Positions 12,135 to 26,909 are shown, counted from the stretch's first letter. The stretch: 64,000 nt of DNA from Callorhinchus milii (GCF_018977255.1 NW_024704742.1:118360001-118424000); one strand, 5' to 3'. Numbers and translations: made by a program. Notes: generated by a model not told the origin, from the sequence alone.

Positions 12135-13256
12135 GTTAGAACAACAACACAACAAAATTACATTTGTAAAGTGCCTTTCGGGAGGATGTTACAAAGCGCT
12201 GGACAGACAGAATTATGGACCAGAGCTGGGGGTTGGGGTGGAGAGGGTGGAGGGCAATGGGGGAAGCAGAGAGATCGAAAGCACGGTTGAAGAAGAGGGT
12301 CTTGAGATGGGTCTTGAAGGTGATAAGGGAGGGGGTGAGGCGGAGGAATTGCGAGATGGAGTTCCAGAGGGTGGGGGCAGAGTGGGAGAAGGCCCACCTG
12401 CCAATAGTGGGGTGAGAAAGGTGGGGGATGTGAAGCAGGCCAAAGCCCACTGAGCAGAGGGAGCGAACAGGATGGTAAGGATTAAAAGGTCGCAGAGGTA
12501 GAGGGGAGCAAGACCGTGGAGGGCTTTGAAGGTGAGGACCAGAATCTTGAACTGTAACCTCTGTGTGATGGGAAGCCAGTGGAGTTGGGCAAGGATGGTG
12601 GTGATAAGTCGCAGAGCCTAGTGCGGGAGAAGACCTGGGTTGCAGAGTTCTGGATGATCTGCAGCCTGTGGAGGGAGGAGTTGGGGAGGCCGACAAGCAA
12701 TGAGTTTGCATAGTCGAGCCTCGATGTAATAAAAGCATGTATGAGGGTTTCGGCGGCCTGCGGTGTGAGATAGTGGAGGAGCCGGGTGACATTGTGGAGT
12801 TGGGGGGGTAGGCAGAGCAGGTCATGACACAGATGTGTGGTAGAAAGGATAGTTGATGGTCAAACAAGACCCCAAGGTCCTGGACTGGCTTAGCAAGGTC
12901 GAGTGTGCAACCATGGATGGTGATGCTGTCAATGCCTGAGGTGAGGAAGCACTGAAGGGAGCCAATCAAGAGAGCCTCAGTCTTGTTGACTTTCAACTGA
13001 AGAAAGTTAGCTCTCATCCAGGACTTGATGTCTGATAGACATTCTGTCAGCACCGCAGTTGTCCTGGAGTCAAGGGTGGAGGCAGAGAGGTAGAGTTGGG
13101 TGTCATCCGCATACATGCGGAAGTTGACGCCATGTCTGCGGATGATGTCACCAAGAGGGAGCATGTAGATATTGAAGAGGGGACCAAGGACAGAGGCCTG
13201 AGGAACACCTCAGGAGACGGTGTGGGGGCTAGAGGAGAAGCCGTTGTGGAGAACTC
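12135..13256 (-). mobile_element. L2-clade LINE, 5'-truncated
   Basis: [30 protein letters not shown]...[15 protein letters not shown]...[12 protein letters not shown]...[10 protein letters not shown]; (TTG)n-type tail. Confidence 0.95.
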
Positions 13257-16200
13257 AAGTATATACAAATATTATATTAACAAAAAAATTCAGTTTAATC
13301 ATTCATCTCATCGATATTTTTGATATGTGGGTGATGCAGATTAGCTGCTGCATTTGCTTCCATGAGCAGTCCTACACTTCATTGTGCAAAAAGCTCTGAA
13401 GACCTTTCAATGTGACAGTGCTGCAACAAATGCTAGTTATTATTTTATTAAAAACAGTATTCTATACCAGGGCTATTCGAAGTAATGCAAGAAATTAGCA
13501 TCAGTGGACACAAATGAACAAAAGGAAATTTCGAATAAATTGCAGGACAGATTTTTTAAAACGTTTTAATGTACCAGAAGATTTTTCTTCAGCTCTTGAC
13601 AAAGAGCTTCTGTGAGGGGTATGGGGGTGGAAGGAAGGGGGAATAGGGTCTCCTTGGATCTGAACTGGCTCCAAGGTGACATGTTTGGCACGGAATGTCA
13701 GAATAGAGTCCATCCTCTGTGCTCTGTGGCAGTCTTAGTAGTCTGATTCCTGAGCCAAGTGGGTCTGCAGTATTCCAGGACACTGCTGGTGACAGCTTAG
13801 CTAGGCTGGCTATCGGCAGGACTTGGAAAGGCAGACCAGTCATTGGACTCTACTTCTATTAACTTTGCAAGCCAAAGCCCCAGGTAGGGAGGACCTACCT
13901 GGATAAGCAGCAAGAAGCTTTCCAGACAGTGATATCAATGGCATGTTATGTGGTTTTAGCTGGTTAGATCCAGCGGCACCCCAACCAACATCAGGGGTCC
14001 CCAAGCCTTGGCTCTTGCCAACCTAATGCTCTTCGGCATTGAGTAAACAGGATGCATCCCTCCAGGGAGAGAGGGCATATTCCATTGCAATAAATATCTC
14101 TGGAATTTCCATGCATAGGTGGGATGCATGGAACTCTGTTCGTTTACTGAAACATGATGATGGGTTTTAGCATGTGTTAAGACTTGTAGCTTGACCAAAA
14201 AAAAACAACCATCTTTTCTAGCTATTTGGGTCAATTATTTGCCCCACAAGGCTGGTCTCAAGACCGTGCCTTTGGTCTCCCTCCCACCTCCCTGCCTTCC
14301 CTCACCACTACACCACTCCTCTCCTATGCTCGGGCCCCGACACCTGACTGTTCAGTGCTTTGGGACGTCCACCCGACGTGAAAGGCGCTCTATAAATGTA
14401 ATTTTGTTGTTGTTGTTGAATGAGTTTAACAAGCCAAATAGCTAAATGCTTGCAACTGAAGTGAGTTTATAACCCACACAGTGTTCAGAAGTAAGAGGAC
14501 TTTGTATCAATTGTTCTTGACAGCTATTGATCATATTTCTCAGCGTGCTTTTTGTCTATCCTCACAACCAATTCTATCTGCCCACTTTTAATGATTTCAT
14601 TTCTGTCTCTCTCAGAGAGGGAGGTAAGAATTCTGTAGAGAATCATCAGCACTGACAAAGACAAGAAGCAGTTAGGCTAAGCAACTTTCGTCAATACTTG
14701 TGTGCTGGCATTGTGGGAAAACGACCGCCCATGTTATATGATTGAGGAGGGAAAGAAAAAGGTTTATGTAGTTGTCTAAAAATCAATGGCATGTGCAAAT
14801 ATTTTTAGTCCTTTAAACGAATGTGTTTTGCATACATTTATACAGCTTTAAAGGTTGGATGTAATAGCCTATTCATTATTATGCATTTAAGCATGTTAGA
14901 CTCCAGAAATACACATCATTACACACTCTAAGGTTCCCAATCTTTGGCTTTTGCCAACCTGCAATTCTCTGGAATTAGGTAAGCAGGGTTGTCCCTCTAG
15001 GGAGAGGGTGTACATTTAATTTCAGACACAGAGACATTTCCATATGCAAGTGGCATATATACATGATACTCAGGACTAACAGTCCAGTTTTGATACCCTT
15101 CAGCATAGCGATGGGTTTCTATATGTGTCAGACACCTGGCTGCCCCAAAAAATCACTGATAAATCTACACCTAAGAGAGCATCAATCTTCAAATTAATAA
15201 CATGTTCATCTCATTCTCCAGGGCTTTCAATATGAATCAATGCAGAATTAAACATAACAGCTCATTTCACCTCACTGTCTGTCACTAACAGGCAGACACA
15301 AAGCTCCACATTTATTACTAGCCTGAATTTCCAGGGCTGCCCTGTCCATCCCCAGTCTAAAGCAAAGTACCTCCTCGTAACACACAGAGGAATCTGCTTC
15401 CCCAATATTTACTTCCTTTGAGGATTGGATTTCCTTTACATCTTTCAAACACATGTCAGTTACAGCCATAACATCTGGAAAAATGTTCTGTAAATTTCAA
15501 ATGCTGGAGTACAGTTAGAAAAACATATAAAATAATTAACTTAATTTACCGCGTTCTTGAATAAACAATTTTTTTTCAAGTTTTAGTGGAAATATTTTTC
15601 AAAGGTTAACAATACAATAATAATAACTTAGTCACTCAGTCCACGACCGTTTGTGGGACATTGCTGTGCACAATTGGCTGCCACATTTCGGCCACAAAAT
15701 ACAATCAATTCACTTAACAATATATTCTGTGAAGCCCTTTGAGACGTCTCAAAGACATGATAAGGTGCTATATCAAATGCGAGGTTTATTATTATTAATA
15801 GTCATTTCTCACCTCTCAGTTTTCTTGCTTCCACTACTTCAGGTGATGTCTATGTTGGGTACTGTTTGACCAGCAGAGTGCCTCAACCAAGTGGTCTTTT
15901 TTCATGAGTGAGCCTAGTCAGTGAGTCTTAGCAGCTATATAAATGGAGGATCTACGGCAGAGATCATTCCAGGCCACAACTAATCTTCCAACACACGCAC
16001 ATACATGCACTTCGAGAGTCACCGCAAACAAGGGAGCGAGGGACACACACACAGCATGAGAGAGTGAAAGACACAGACGCACACTTTCAAGCAGAAGTCA
16101 TATATTGTTATTATTATAATACAGCAATCAGAGACCCAAAATTCCATTAGCCCTGAAAAATCATTTATTCTTAACATTAACAAACACGCAGAATTTTGAA

Positions 16201-17627
16201 AAATTCTTAAAATTTAGAAACTTGTTTGATGCAGTTCTTAACTGACTGTTAAATTAATTCTGAATTTAAGAATGTCCAAATGTTACATTTTTAAAATCAA
16301 TGATATTACAAGGTAAGACTGTGCTTTCAATCATCTTCACCCCCTCAACCCCCTTGGCCCCCACCCCTGTCTGGTCTGGACTGAAACCTAGGTCCCTAAG
16401 GTATAGGCTTATTATAGGATTATTATTATTGTTATCCAGTTCCCCCCAAAACAATTTTACTTTTATAAAGCAACATTTTGTATTACTCTTGATCATAAAA
16501 ACTAGCACAAAATACATAAGCTATAGGAAATTATGTTTAAAAATAAAATAAGGCATTGTCATTCCATGTAAATATTTGGATGGATTCTCTACTTGCACAA
16601 GTTAGGTTATTATTCTTAGTTAGATATTACACTTTTTCTTCCTCCTTAGACATTGTAAGGCGAGGACACTGCTCACTTCATCCTAAAACGAAATGGTGGG
16701 AGAGGCGCAAGATAGATTCTTTCTCACTTCAATACCCTCCTACCTGCTCTCTGGAAGCACATTAATAAAATAATCCTTATATTTGATATGGCGCCTTTTA
16801 TGTCAAGAGGAAGTCTCAAAGTGCTTCACAGGATTTTACTGTGAAATGTAGTGACTGTATATTTTGTAGGTGAACCTGGCAGCCAAGGTGCACACAAGCA
16901 GTGCTAGTTTGTGTTTGGATGTATTTAACGCTTTTCAGTTGATGGGAATGGGCTGCATTCCTTACTAGGTTTACTGGGATATTCTGTCCCTAAGAGGGAG
17001 GGGTGGAACAGGGCAAGAGGTGCGGAGACAAAATGTCAGCAGTGCAAAGGAACTAGTGCAGAGAGAATAGAAAATTGTTTCAAGTAACTCAATTTTGTTT
17101 TAAACCAAAAGAATACTCCAGTAAAATCTACAAAGGTCACGGGTGATGGTGTTGAGAAATGGAACACTTTCCCACTGTGGTCAGCTCTGAGGACTCCCTC
17201 TGCCTAAAAGCTGCTGAAAATTACCCTGTTTTGTGTCAGAGCTGTGGAAATCTCTGTTTTGGGAACTGAAGCTGTGCAACAACACCAGAGCAGCCGTGGG
17301 GAACAGCAGCTGTAAAGTGTAGTCTAGACAGTGAGCAGGTGCTGGTGTTTTCCTACTCTGAAGACAAACTCTCACAGACAGGGGGATGAATCCCTGAGAA
17401 ACAAACAGTTTGACTTCTGGAAATGGACTGAGCTTGATGAGGAGAAAAGCCAAAGGGCAAACAGACACACACGGTTGGAAAGTCTGGCTTATTTCACCAA
17501 ACTAATTCTCAAGATGTTTGTTTGTATAAATATCAGTATAAACATTGGAACAGGAGTAGACCATTTTTCCTGCTCTGCTATTATGTCCATGCAATTTCAT
17601 ATCCTCAAAACCTTTTGTGGAAAATAA

Positions 17628-18982
17628 TTAGCTGTGAATCTTTTTTNCTCCTCTCCTGAAAGACTGACTATTGGCGAGGTACGATTCAATGGAATCTGAC
17701 CTACGTGCCACAGCACAGAAACAGCTCTGGTCAAAGTGACGAATGATATTCTGTCCATCTGCGACCAGGGTACCCTCTGCTTCTTCGTCCTTGACCTCTC
17801 TGCTGCCTTTGATACCGTCGACCACTTTATCCTCATCCACCATCTGTCCTCTCACTTCAACCTTCATGGTTCTGTCCTTGACTGGTTCAGACCATCTCTA
17901 TTTCATCTCCACAAACGGTTTCCCCTCTAGCCCCTGCATCGTTTCATGCAGCATTCCTCAGGGCTCTGTTCTTGGTCCCCTCCTCTTCACTATCTACATG
18001 CTCCCTCTTGGTGACATCATCTGCAGACATGGGGTCAACTTCGATGACACCCAACTCTATCTCTCTGCCTCCACCCTTGACTCCAGGACTACTGCTGTCC
18101 TGACAGAATGTCTTCAGACATCAAGTCCTGGATGAGAGCAAACTTTCTTCAGTTGAAGTTGAAGAAAGACCAAGGCTCCCCTGATTGGCTCCCGTCAGCG
18201 CCTCCACAACTCATCCATTGATAGCACCACCATCCATGGATGCACACTCCACCTTCCTAAGCCAATCCAGAACCTTGGCATCTTGTTTGATGCTCAGCGA
18301 TCCTTTCTACCCCACATCCATGCCATGACCCGCTCTGCCTTCCCCCACCTCTACATCATCGCCCGGCTCCGCCATTGTCTCTCACCGCAGGGCACCGAAA
18401 CCCTCATACACAAATTCATAACATCCAGGCTTGAATGGAATGGAACTCCCTGCTTGTCAGCCTCCCCAACTCCTCACTCCATAGGGTGCAGATCATCCAG
18501 AACTCTGCAGCCCATGTCCTCTCACGTACCAGGCTCTGTGACCCTATTATTCCCATTCTTGCCTGACTCCACTGGCTTCCATCACACAGAGGATTCAGTT
18601 CAAGATCCTGGTCCTCACCTTCAAAGCCCTCCATGGCCTCACTTCCCCCTAATCCCTTACCAACCTGCCAGCTCCCTCCGCTCAGCCTGCTTCACGTCCC
18701 CTGCCTCGCCTGCCCAACCAATGGCAGGCTGGCCTTCAGCCACTCTGCACCCACCTTCTGGAACTACATCCTGCAGTCCCTCCGCCTCACCCCCTTCCTT
18801 GCCTCCTTCAAAACCCATCTCAAGGCCCTCCTCTTTGACTGTGCTTTCGATCACCCTCCTTCCCCCTCTGCCCTCCACCCTCCCCAATCCCCAGCTCGGG
18901 TCTGAAACACTGACTGTCCAGCACCTTGGGATGTCCTCCTACGTGAAAGGGGCTATACAAATTTAATTTTGTTGTTATTATT
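17628..18982 (+). mobile_element. L2-clade LINE, 5'-truncated (same family as 12135-13256, opposite orientation)
   Basis: [44 protein letters not shown]; same 3' tail. Confidence 0.95.
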
Positions 18983-21069
18983 TAATTATCAACAAGCATT
19001 AGCAAGTAATTTGAATATAGAAATAGCATCATATTCAGATGGGCTCAATGTTGCCCTTGCCAAATATCCAAACACATGTACTTGCCTGAATTTCCCTTCC
19101 TCGTCTATGGTGCCAAGGTCTGCTGTCTCACTCCTACAGCTCCACAGCCTGAGAATCAAGGATCAAACAGACACCTTCTGATCTCAGTGGCTCTGTTTCA
19201 CAATGGATAGGGCCAAGTGAGCCTTCAGTGGTGCTTTTTGAGTAAATCTCTTGAAAAGGCTGGAAAATTCTCTCTGCAGTAACTTCATTGAGGCCATTAC
19301 ACTTCACTGAAAGGTAGAAATTTCTACAAGTTCTTAAGGAAATTCCTGCTCTCACTGAGAACAGGAAGTCCACTTCAGAGATGCCGAGGGTTGGCATTAT
19401 GTCCTTTTAGTTAATGTAAGGTCTTCTCAATTGCTCAACACAGATTCCTTATTTAGGAAACGTATTAGTAATCCCGCATTTTAGGACCTGTACAGCACTC
19501 CAGCTTTTCTGTGAGAGAAAAAAAATCAGGTCCATCCTCTTTAATATCGTTTTTAGCATAACGTCACTTACTGGCTTCATCTTAGATTGCGATTTGGTCA
19601 CTCAATCCACGACTGTCTTTGGGACACTGCTGTGCGCAATTGGCTGCTGTATTTCGCCGCAAAATATACTGTCAATTCTCTTTGCAGTATATTCTGTGAA
19701 ACGCCTTGAGACATCTCGAAGATGTCATATCAAATGCAAGTATTATTATTATTTTTAATATTATTATAATTATAGCAACAAGTCTTTAAATTCATCAATA
19801 TGAGAAGATGCCAAATTCAAGAGAGGACCAGTCGCCAGCAAGTCCAGAAACTGGAATCACAAGGCATTACATAGATCAAAGCTGAGGAACTTACAAACCC
19901 TCCATAATGATTCCCTGGAGGGAATAGAAATTTTTAAATGGGGCTTTCAATAGCCTCACGACACCATTGAACACCCCATTCACACAATGAGATGATTGGT
20001 TCTTTAATCGTTGTGCCCACAGAGGATGCGTCTGATTCATAGACAGTGTTTGTTTAGACAAACAGGCAGCGGTGGCATAAACCCTGTGCCGTGTCTGTGT
20101 AAACACAGGCTGTGTGCAGTTCACTGTCCATTTCAGAGTATGAGAAAGTTACAGCAATGTTCAGCTGGTTCCTGACTGAGCAATGCATTCAGATTAGTCA
20201 CAGAGTAGCATAATTAAAGCCAGCCACCGAATACGTCAGTGTTTAAAGAATACTGAGGTAATCCCATTAGCTTGCACGTTTTGCACGGTTACTCGCTGTT
20301 CAGACATGCCTGTAATCAGGATTAATTTAAATTCACTTATTACAAACAAGGTAAGAATGGATACAATACCATGGGATAAGTGGTATGAAAACTACAGTGT
20401 CTGACTGGGACTCTGCAAAGTCTGCCTTACTGTATTATTAGTCAGGCCTATTGCACTCATTCCAGCAAGACTGCTTTGTACATCAGCAGTTTTCAATTAA
20501 ATAGAAAAATTATATCTGTATGTGAATATGTAAAAAATCCTAACTAGAGTATGGAGACAAACCTTTTTTACATGTGGCAGAAAGATGTGTATATCTTACT
20601 TTAGGACAGGCCTTTTCTGTTCCTGTACATTCATATGTGCAGTGGGATTGGGATCACAGAATGCGCACGTATGCACGTGGGGGGAAAGAAAAGAGGAACA
20701 TATGTAATTATGAAATCGAATGGAGATGAGAATATATGTATGTGTAATGGGGATGCAGGAAAGTGAGTGTGGGGAGAGAGTAAGCTCGGGTGTGTGTGGG
20801 GGAGAGGGGAGGGCAGAGGGTTGTTTTGAGAGACAGAGAATCCAGTGAAGGTCTGACAGCTAGCAGCTAGTGTTAGGTTATTCAATGCCGTGCTAAGCTA
20901 TAGCATTTCTCAACCCCCCCACCCCCACCATTACTCCATCACAGCTTCTAAGACGATGGATGTGGCTGAAACCAGCAGAGTATTGTGAATGCCTGAAACT
21001 GACTTTACAGATCCACTCATCAACCACCATGGAATCAGCAAGTAACCAACTGTTTTAAGTTGCACTTAC

Positions 21070-21140
21070 ACGGGGAGGTATCAGTGAAGAGATGGTCGAT
21101 GTTGTGAAGCAGCTCCACTCTGGGGGAAGGCTGCCCTTCA
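21070..21140 (-). CDS. ARSB: ARSB exon 6
   Basis: (S)[23 protein letters not shown](C); acceptor TTTCAG, donor T|GTAAGT; 71 nt. Confidence 0.95.
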
Positions 21141-21846
21141 CTGAAACACAAACACAGGGGAAGTTTACTTTTGCAACCCGGCACGTAACCAAAGGTCACG
21201 TTCAAAAAAAAACTAAACAAGCTCATCAAGCCAAAAATGCCCAGGATTCTATGCAGCTCTGATAAAAGGAAGGGACAATCTGAGTGAGACTTGTGTTTAA
21301 TTCTAGTCTGAACTGAGAGGATGACTGTGCCATTCTCTCCAGACTGTGAGATCTGCACAAAATGAGTTTAGTCAGCGCCAGCCTAGAGGGGCGACAGAAC
21401 AGAGCTGTCCACAATTCACCATGAGGCTGCCATCTTACTATCATGGTAACTGCTGTGGGGAACACTTTGTTCACGCTGGGTGTAATCGGGGATGCTCTTC
21501 TGCAATCCTCACTCCTCAAAAATCAGCAGTAAAAGGTTTTCACCGAATTTAAAAAAAAGGAAAAGTAGGAACCCGGTTAGTCGTTTGGCAGATCGCTTTC
21601 CAGGGGTAATAATCCCTTCAATTTTTTTTAAAAAACAATGTTTGGCCACTCATTCCATGGTTGTTTGTGGGACATTGCTCTGCGCAACTGACTGCCACAT
21701 TTTGCCCACAAAATACAGTCAATCCACTTTACAGTGTATTCTGTGAAGTGTTTTGAGACGTCTCAGCAATGTGATAAAGAGTTATGCTAAATGCAAGGAT
21801 TATTATTTTTATTATAATAAACTCTAAAAGCTTGCTACATGGTCAC

Positions 21847-22090
21847 CTGATCGTCTTCCACACATCAAAGCCATCCAGTGGTTTGGTGCCCTTCGTTGAT
21901 CCTCCAGCAAGATTCACGAGGGTAGGGAGCCAGTCCGAGATGTGAATGAGCTCTCGGTTGACGCTGCCCTTCCGTTTCAGTAATGGGCTGGCGACGAAAC
22001 CAACCCCTCGCACTCCCCCCTCCCACAGCGTCCACTTCCTCCCTCGTAAAGGCCAGTTGTTACCACCGAACAAGGTCTGTCCTCCATTAT
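21847..22090 (-). CDS. ARSB: ARSB exon 5
   Basis: (D)[32 protein letters not shown]...HISDWLPTL...[10 protein letters not shown]; 244 nt, AG/GT flanks. Confidence 0.97.
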
Positions 22091-22689
22091 CTGAGAGAAA
22101 AAAACATCAGATCAGCTGTACGGAAAATTTGTTTGGCTCCATTTGCAATGGATGCCCTGCTTTGAGAAAGCTAAGCTATAGAGAACTCAGAGGAGACTCA
22201 CTAAGATGATACCACGAATCAATACAAATATTTGAAAAAGGATAAAAANGGTTATGAGGAAAGGAATGGAGTGGAAATATGAGTCACAATGAGCCTAATG
22301 GCCTTCTTCTCTGCTGTACGTTTTTATGGTTCGACTCTGAAAGGTGCTGGACACAACTCCGTGCAGTGAATTTAGGACAGGGACCAGATATTGTGACAAA
22401 GACACAAAATACCACAGCAACAAAGGGAATTTGAGTTCAAACCCCAGTCTGCGCTGAGTTAGTTGGTAGTCAGGGCAGCAGTTGGAACAGTAGTTATAGT
22501 CAGTGCCTCTGGGAGAGGGAAAGGGAAACCAACGACTCTCAATCCTGATTGCTATTCAGAGACCCTGCTGGAAGGTGAAAGCGTGTGGTCAAGTGAAGAC
22601 AGGAACAGACTGGGAATGTGAATCCTTTTCTTCCCCCCCATCCCCCACCGCCCCCCCCCCCCCCCCACACACACACTGCAATCACGTTA

Positions 22690-23057
22690 ATAATAATCTT
22701 TGCGTTTGATAAAGCGCCATGTCACATCATTGAGGCTTCTCAAAGTGCTTCACAGAATAATATTAATTGTTTGTAGGAGAAATGTGGCAGCCAATTGTGC
22801 AGAGCAATGTCCCACAAACAGCCATGGAGTGATTGACCAATTTTTTGTGGGTAAGTGCGTGGTGGTGGGGGGGGGGTGATTATTACCCCCGGAAAGCAAT
22901 CTGGCAATCGACTAACAACTGGGTTTCTACTTACTGCTGGGTAAACAGAGGCGTGTGGAGTAAGGAAACTTGCCTGAGATTTCACTCTGCCCAGGGATAA
23001 AATCCAAGTCCTCTCACTTCTGAGGTGAGTGTGCTAAACACTAAGCTATGGAAATCC
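22690..23057 (-). mobile_element. tRNA-derived SINE, long subfamily
   Basis: Head, internal CTCTGTTTACCCAGCAGTAAGTAG segment, Deu-like body and tail. Confidence 0.85.
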
Positions 23058-24519
23058 ACAATTATATAAAACATTACACATTACGTTAAAAATGTCTATG
23101 ATAAAGTATTATCTCATTATAAGGCGTTTTGCCCACAAATATTCAGTCAATTCACTTTAAAGTATATTCTGTGAAACGCTTTGAGATGTCTAGAAGACGT
23201 GAAAAGCACTATACGAAATACAAGGATTATTATTTATTATTTTTATAAGGAGGACATTTCTGATGTATTTTGACAGTAACTGGAAAGGAAGAAGTGGTTT
23301 AATTGACAGTGTTTTGGAGAGTGCTGCTGCCTCAGTGTCTCACGCTACAGGATCTTTGCTTGTGAAACAGAAGAGCATATTCCCATCCCCTCACTGCAGC
23401 GTGAGGTACGCTTCACCACCATCTCACCACCGGTGTATTGGAAAGAGTTTAAACCACAAACAAAACAGCCTTTGTGGAAGCAGCATTTCAATCTGTAATT
23501 ATAAACATAATTCTAAACACATATTGTAGACCCCCACTCCCACCTCTCCCGAGGCCACTGTGTTACAATGTGAACTCCAGGATGTGGAGTCAAATCGTGG
23601 TGCTGTTCTGTGCACCAAGTCAGCTAACTGCAGTGAAGGCTTTTAAGCCACTCAGTACAATAATAGAACTAGCAAAGTGCAAAACTACAATTCACACATG
23701 AGCATTAACAACTGGTATAAACGTCACTGTTACACTGTGAAGCTGAGGTAATGCAGTAGAAACTCAGCGAGTCCAAAGATGCAGTTTTTACACTCCCTGC
23801 TTTTTATTCATAGGCTTTGTATCCCTCCCACCTTGGTTAGTGGTCTGAAATCTCACAAAGCTTGCTGTGAAATGTGTGCCCAGTGTAGTCTACCTTAACC
23901 CTAGTAGCGGGCGGGGGGGAGAAGAGGGGGAGAAAAGCACTTCGACACCAGCAAACGCTGCAGACTTCACATAACAAAAAAAATTATTTAAAAATATATG
24001 CTAATTTGAACACGTTGCGGGTCAGGATACAGATGGGAAAGTTTTTAAGAAAGGACATGATGCGAACAATGGCCTCTCCAGCAAAACAGCAGAGAGTACA
24101 GGAAGAATGTACAGACAGACTGGCAGGCAGCTCAAAGTCTCTCCAATAACAATGCATTCATCCAATGAAAACCCCACTCTGTCTAGGACTGCAGCCAACA
24201 TGGGAACATAAACTGTAAAAACATGGGATTAAAAGTTCAGAATTCCTAAAACAGGAAGGTTGACAGAAAAAGTTACGGTTAAAAAANTGTGTTTGTGGAG
24301 CTTGTGGTCATCTTCTTGTGCAGTGAGCTGAAACAGAGGCTGTCTGGGCAAACACAACACAACCGGACTGAGAGAAACAAATCCAGGTATTGGGAAGTAC
24401 TGTGGTACTCGGCACACAAAACGAGATGGAATTAGAGAATGGAAGAAGTAACCTGAGACAAAATGGACAACGACATGCACTTATACAGTGCCTTTCACAT
24501 AGTGTCTCAAAGGGCTTCA

Positions 24520-25622
24520 CAGAGGTAGAATGGAAGATTAAAGGTAATATATTAGCATGGATTGGTGAGTGGCTAACAGGAAGAAAACAGAGAGTAGGGA
24601 TAAACAGGTCCTTCTCAGATTGGCAGGATGTGACTAGTGGAGTGCCACAAGAATCAGTGATTGGGCCTCAATTATTTACAGTCCATATCAATGAGTTAGA
24701 TGAGGAAATAGAACGTAATATATCTAAATTCGCAGACGATACGAAGATAGGTGGGAGAGTAAGCTGTGAGGATGACACACGAAGAATGCAAAGGGAAATA
24801 GACAGGCTAGGTGAGTGGGCACGAAGGTGGCAGATGACGTGGGGAAGTGTGAAGTTATTCACCTAGGTAGTAAAAATAGAAAAGTGGATTCTTTTCTAGA
24901 GGGGGAGAGACTAGGTAGTGTTAGTGTTCAGAGGGATTTGGGTGTCCCTGTACAAAAAGTTAGTATGCAGGTACAGCAAGCAACTAGGAAGGCTAATGCC
25001 ATGTTGGCGTTCATTGCAAAACGGTTAGAGTACAAGAGTAGGGAAGTCTTGCTGCAGTTGTATAAGGCCTTGGTGAGTCCGCAACTAGAATATTGTGTGC
25101 AGTTTTGGTCTCCTTATTTATGAAAGGACATACATGCAGCGTAGATTTTCTAGGTTGGTTCCTGGGATGAGGGGCTTGAGCTGTGAGGATAGGTTGAGTA
25201 AACTAGGCCTATATTCTCTAGAATATAGAAGAATTAGAGGGAATCTTATAGAAACTTAAAAGATTCTTAAGGGTCTTGACACCGCGAGACTGTTTCCTCT
25301 GGTTGGAGAATCTAAAACTAGGGGTCGTAGTCTCAAGATTAAGGGTCAGCCTTTTCGAATTGAGTTGAGGAAACGTTTCTTCACTTGGAGGGTAGTGAAT
25401 TTGTGGAATTCTCTACCCCAGAAGGCTGTGGATGCTCAGTCCTATCAACCTCAATATTCAATATTGAGGTTGATAGATTTCTAAAAGATAGAGGGATTAA
25501 CGGATATGGGGATAGTGCGGGTAAATGGATTAGGTTAGAAGATCAGCCATGATCTTATTAAATGGCATGGCAGGCTCGAGGGGCCGAATGGCCTACTCCT
25601 GCTCCTACATCTTATGGTCTTA
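24520..25622 (+). mobile_element. CR1-type LINE, 5'-truncated and decayed (same family as 640-1222)
   Basis: RT motifs SGVPQESVIGPQLF, KFADDTKIGG and LEYCVQFWSPYL, with frameshifts and stops; same 3' UTR. Confidence 0.95.
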
Positions 25623-26314
25623 AGATGGGGTGGGAGATGAGAAAGAGAAAGATAACAGAAGGCAAAGGCACAGTCAGATGGCTTTTAAGATGGGTTTTGA
25701 AAATAGAGAGGGAAGGTGTGAGATGAAGGAAATTTAGAAGAGTGTTCCAGAGAGGAGACTTAGCCCAACAGTTTGCGATATGCTCTTGGCATCACAATGT
25801 ACTGATGAGATTTCAAACACCTTCTTTACCGTCAAGTGTAGGGACCTTTCCTACAGATAAATCTGCAGCTGTTTTACACCAGCCGAGAACCACCTCCTCA
25901 ACAAACAAGACATCAATTAACATTTACTCTTCTCCAGGAGACCTGGAGCGAATGATGTGAATATCTACCTGGAGTATCAAGTGTGCTCACAGTAAATGTT
26001 CAAGTGGGCAATTAAGGACTGTATCCATGGAAACGGTTAGTGATAAACAGTTGGAATAGTTATTGCAGTCAGCAGAGGAGAACTGAGCCTGTAGAACGTG
26101 CTGCAGTATTGCCACAGGCCAGAGCTTCCCACACTCACAACAACATTAAACACACACAAAAGCACAATACACACTCGCACACACACATGGAGGGTGGGTA
26201 AAGGGAGATGAAAGTGCTTTAAAAAGAAATATAACAACAATTTTATATTTACATAGAGCCGTTCCGATCACGACTCTCAAAGTGCTTTTTGAAGAGGCAA
26301 TGGGTTTCATTTCA

Positions 26315-26722
26315 ACTCTGGAATCCTCCCTCCACAAGCTACAGACCGACCAGGACTCTGCAGCTCACATCCTTTACCGCACCAGGCTCCGTGAGCCTTT
26401 CACCCCCATCTTCACCCAGTTCCATTCAGTCATCACCACTTGCTCCATGATACCACCCCTCCACCGCCCCCACCCCACAATCAATGGACGAGCTTTCAGC
26501 CATTTTGCCCTGCTCCCTAGAACTCAATCCTGGAGTCCTTCTTCATCAACCTCCCTTTCTCTATCCACCTTGAAAGCCAATTTTTCAAACATTCTTTGGT
26601 CATTTCTTTCACCCACTCCCCCCCACACCTCTGCTCCCGTTCACCCTAACTCAGGCTCCCAGTCAACTCTGTGAGACAACCTCCTGAAATGGGAAAAGCG
26701 CTATAGAATATAAAATTGTTGT
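26315..26722 (+). mobile_element. Old L2 3' fragment
   Basis: CCCTCCACAAGCTACAGACC...AGCTTTCAGCCAT...AAAGCGCTATA tail. Confidence 0.8.
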
Positions 26723-26909
26723 TATGTTTTTGTGGGAAGTATAGCACTGGTTGCTATGCACAAATTGGCTGCCACGTTCGCCCACAAAAAACTCACTATG
26801 CAGTAAATCCGGTGAGGTGCTTTGAGATGACTTGATGATATAAAGCACTATAGTAAAGGCAAAGATTGTTACTGTATTGTCTGACAGGATGCAGTGTTGC
26901 TTGACCTAC

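Noticed and set aside
12136..13164. Functional reverse transcriptase gene (342-aa ORF; likewise 52815-53695 and 24390-25123)
   Set aside because: These are 5'-truncated or internally deleted LINE copies with frameshifts and no endonuclease domain
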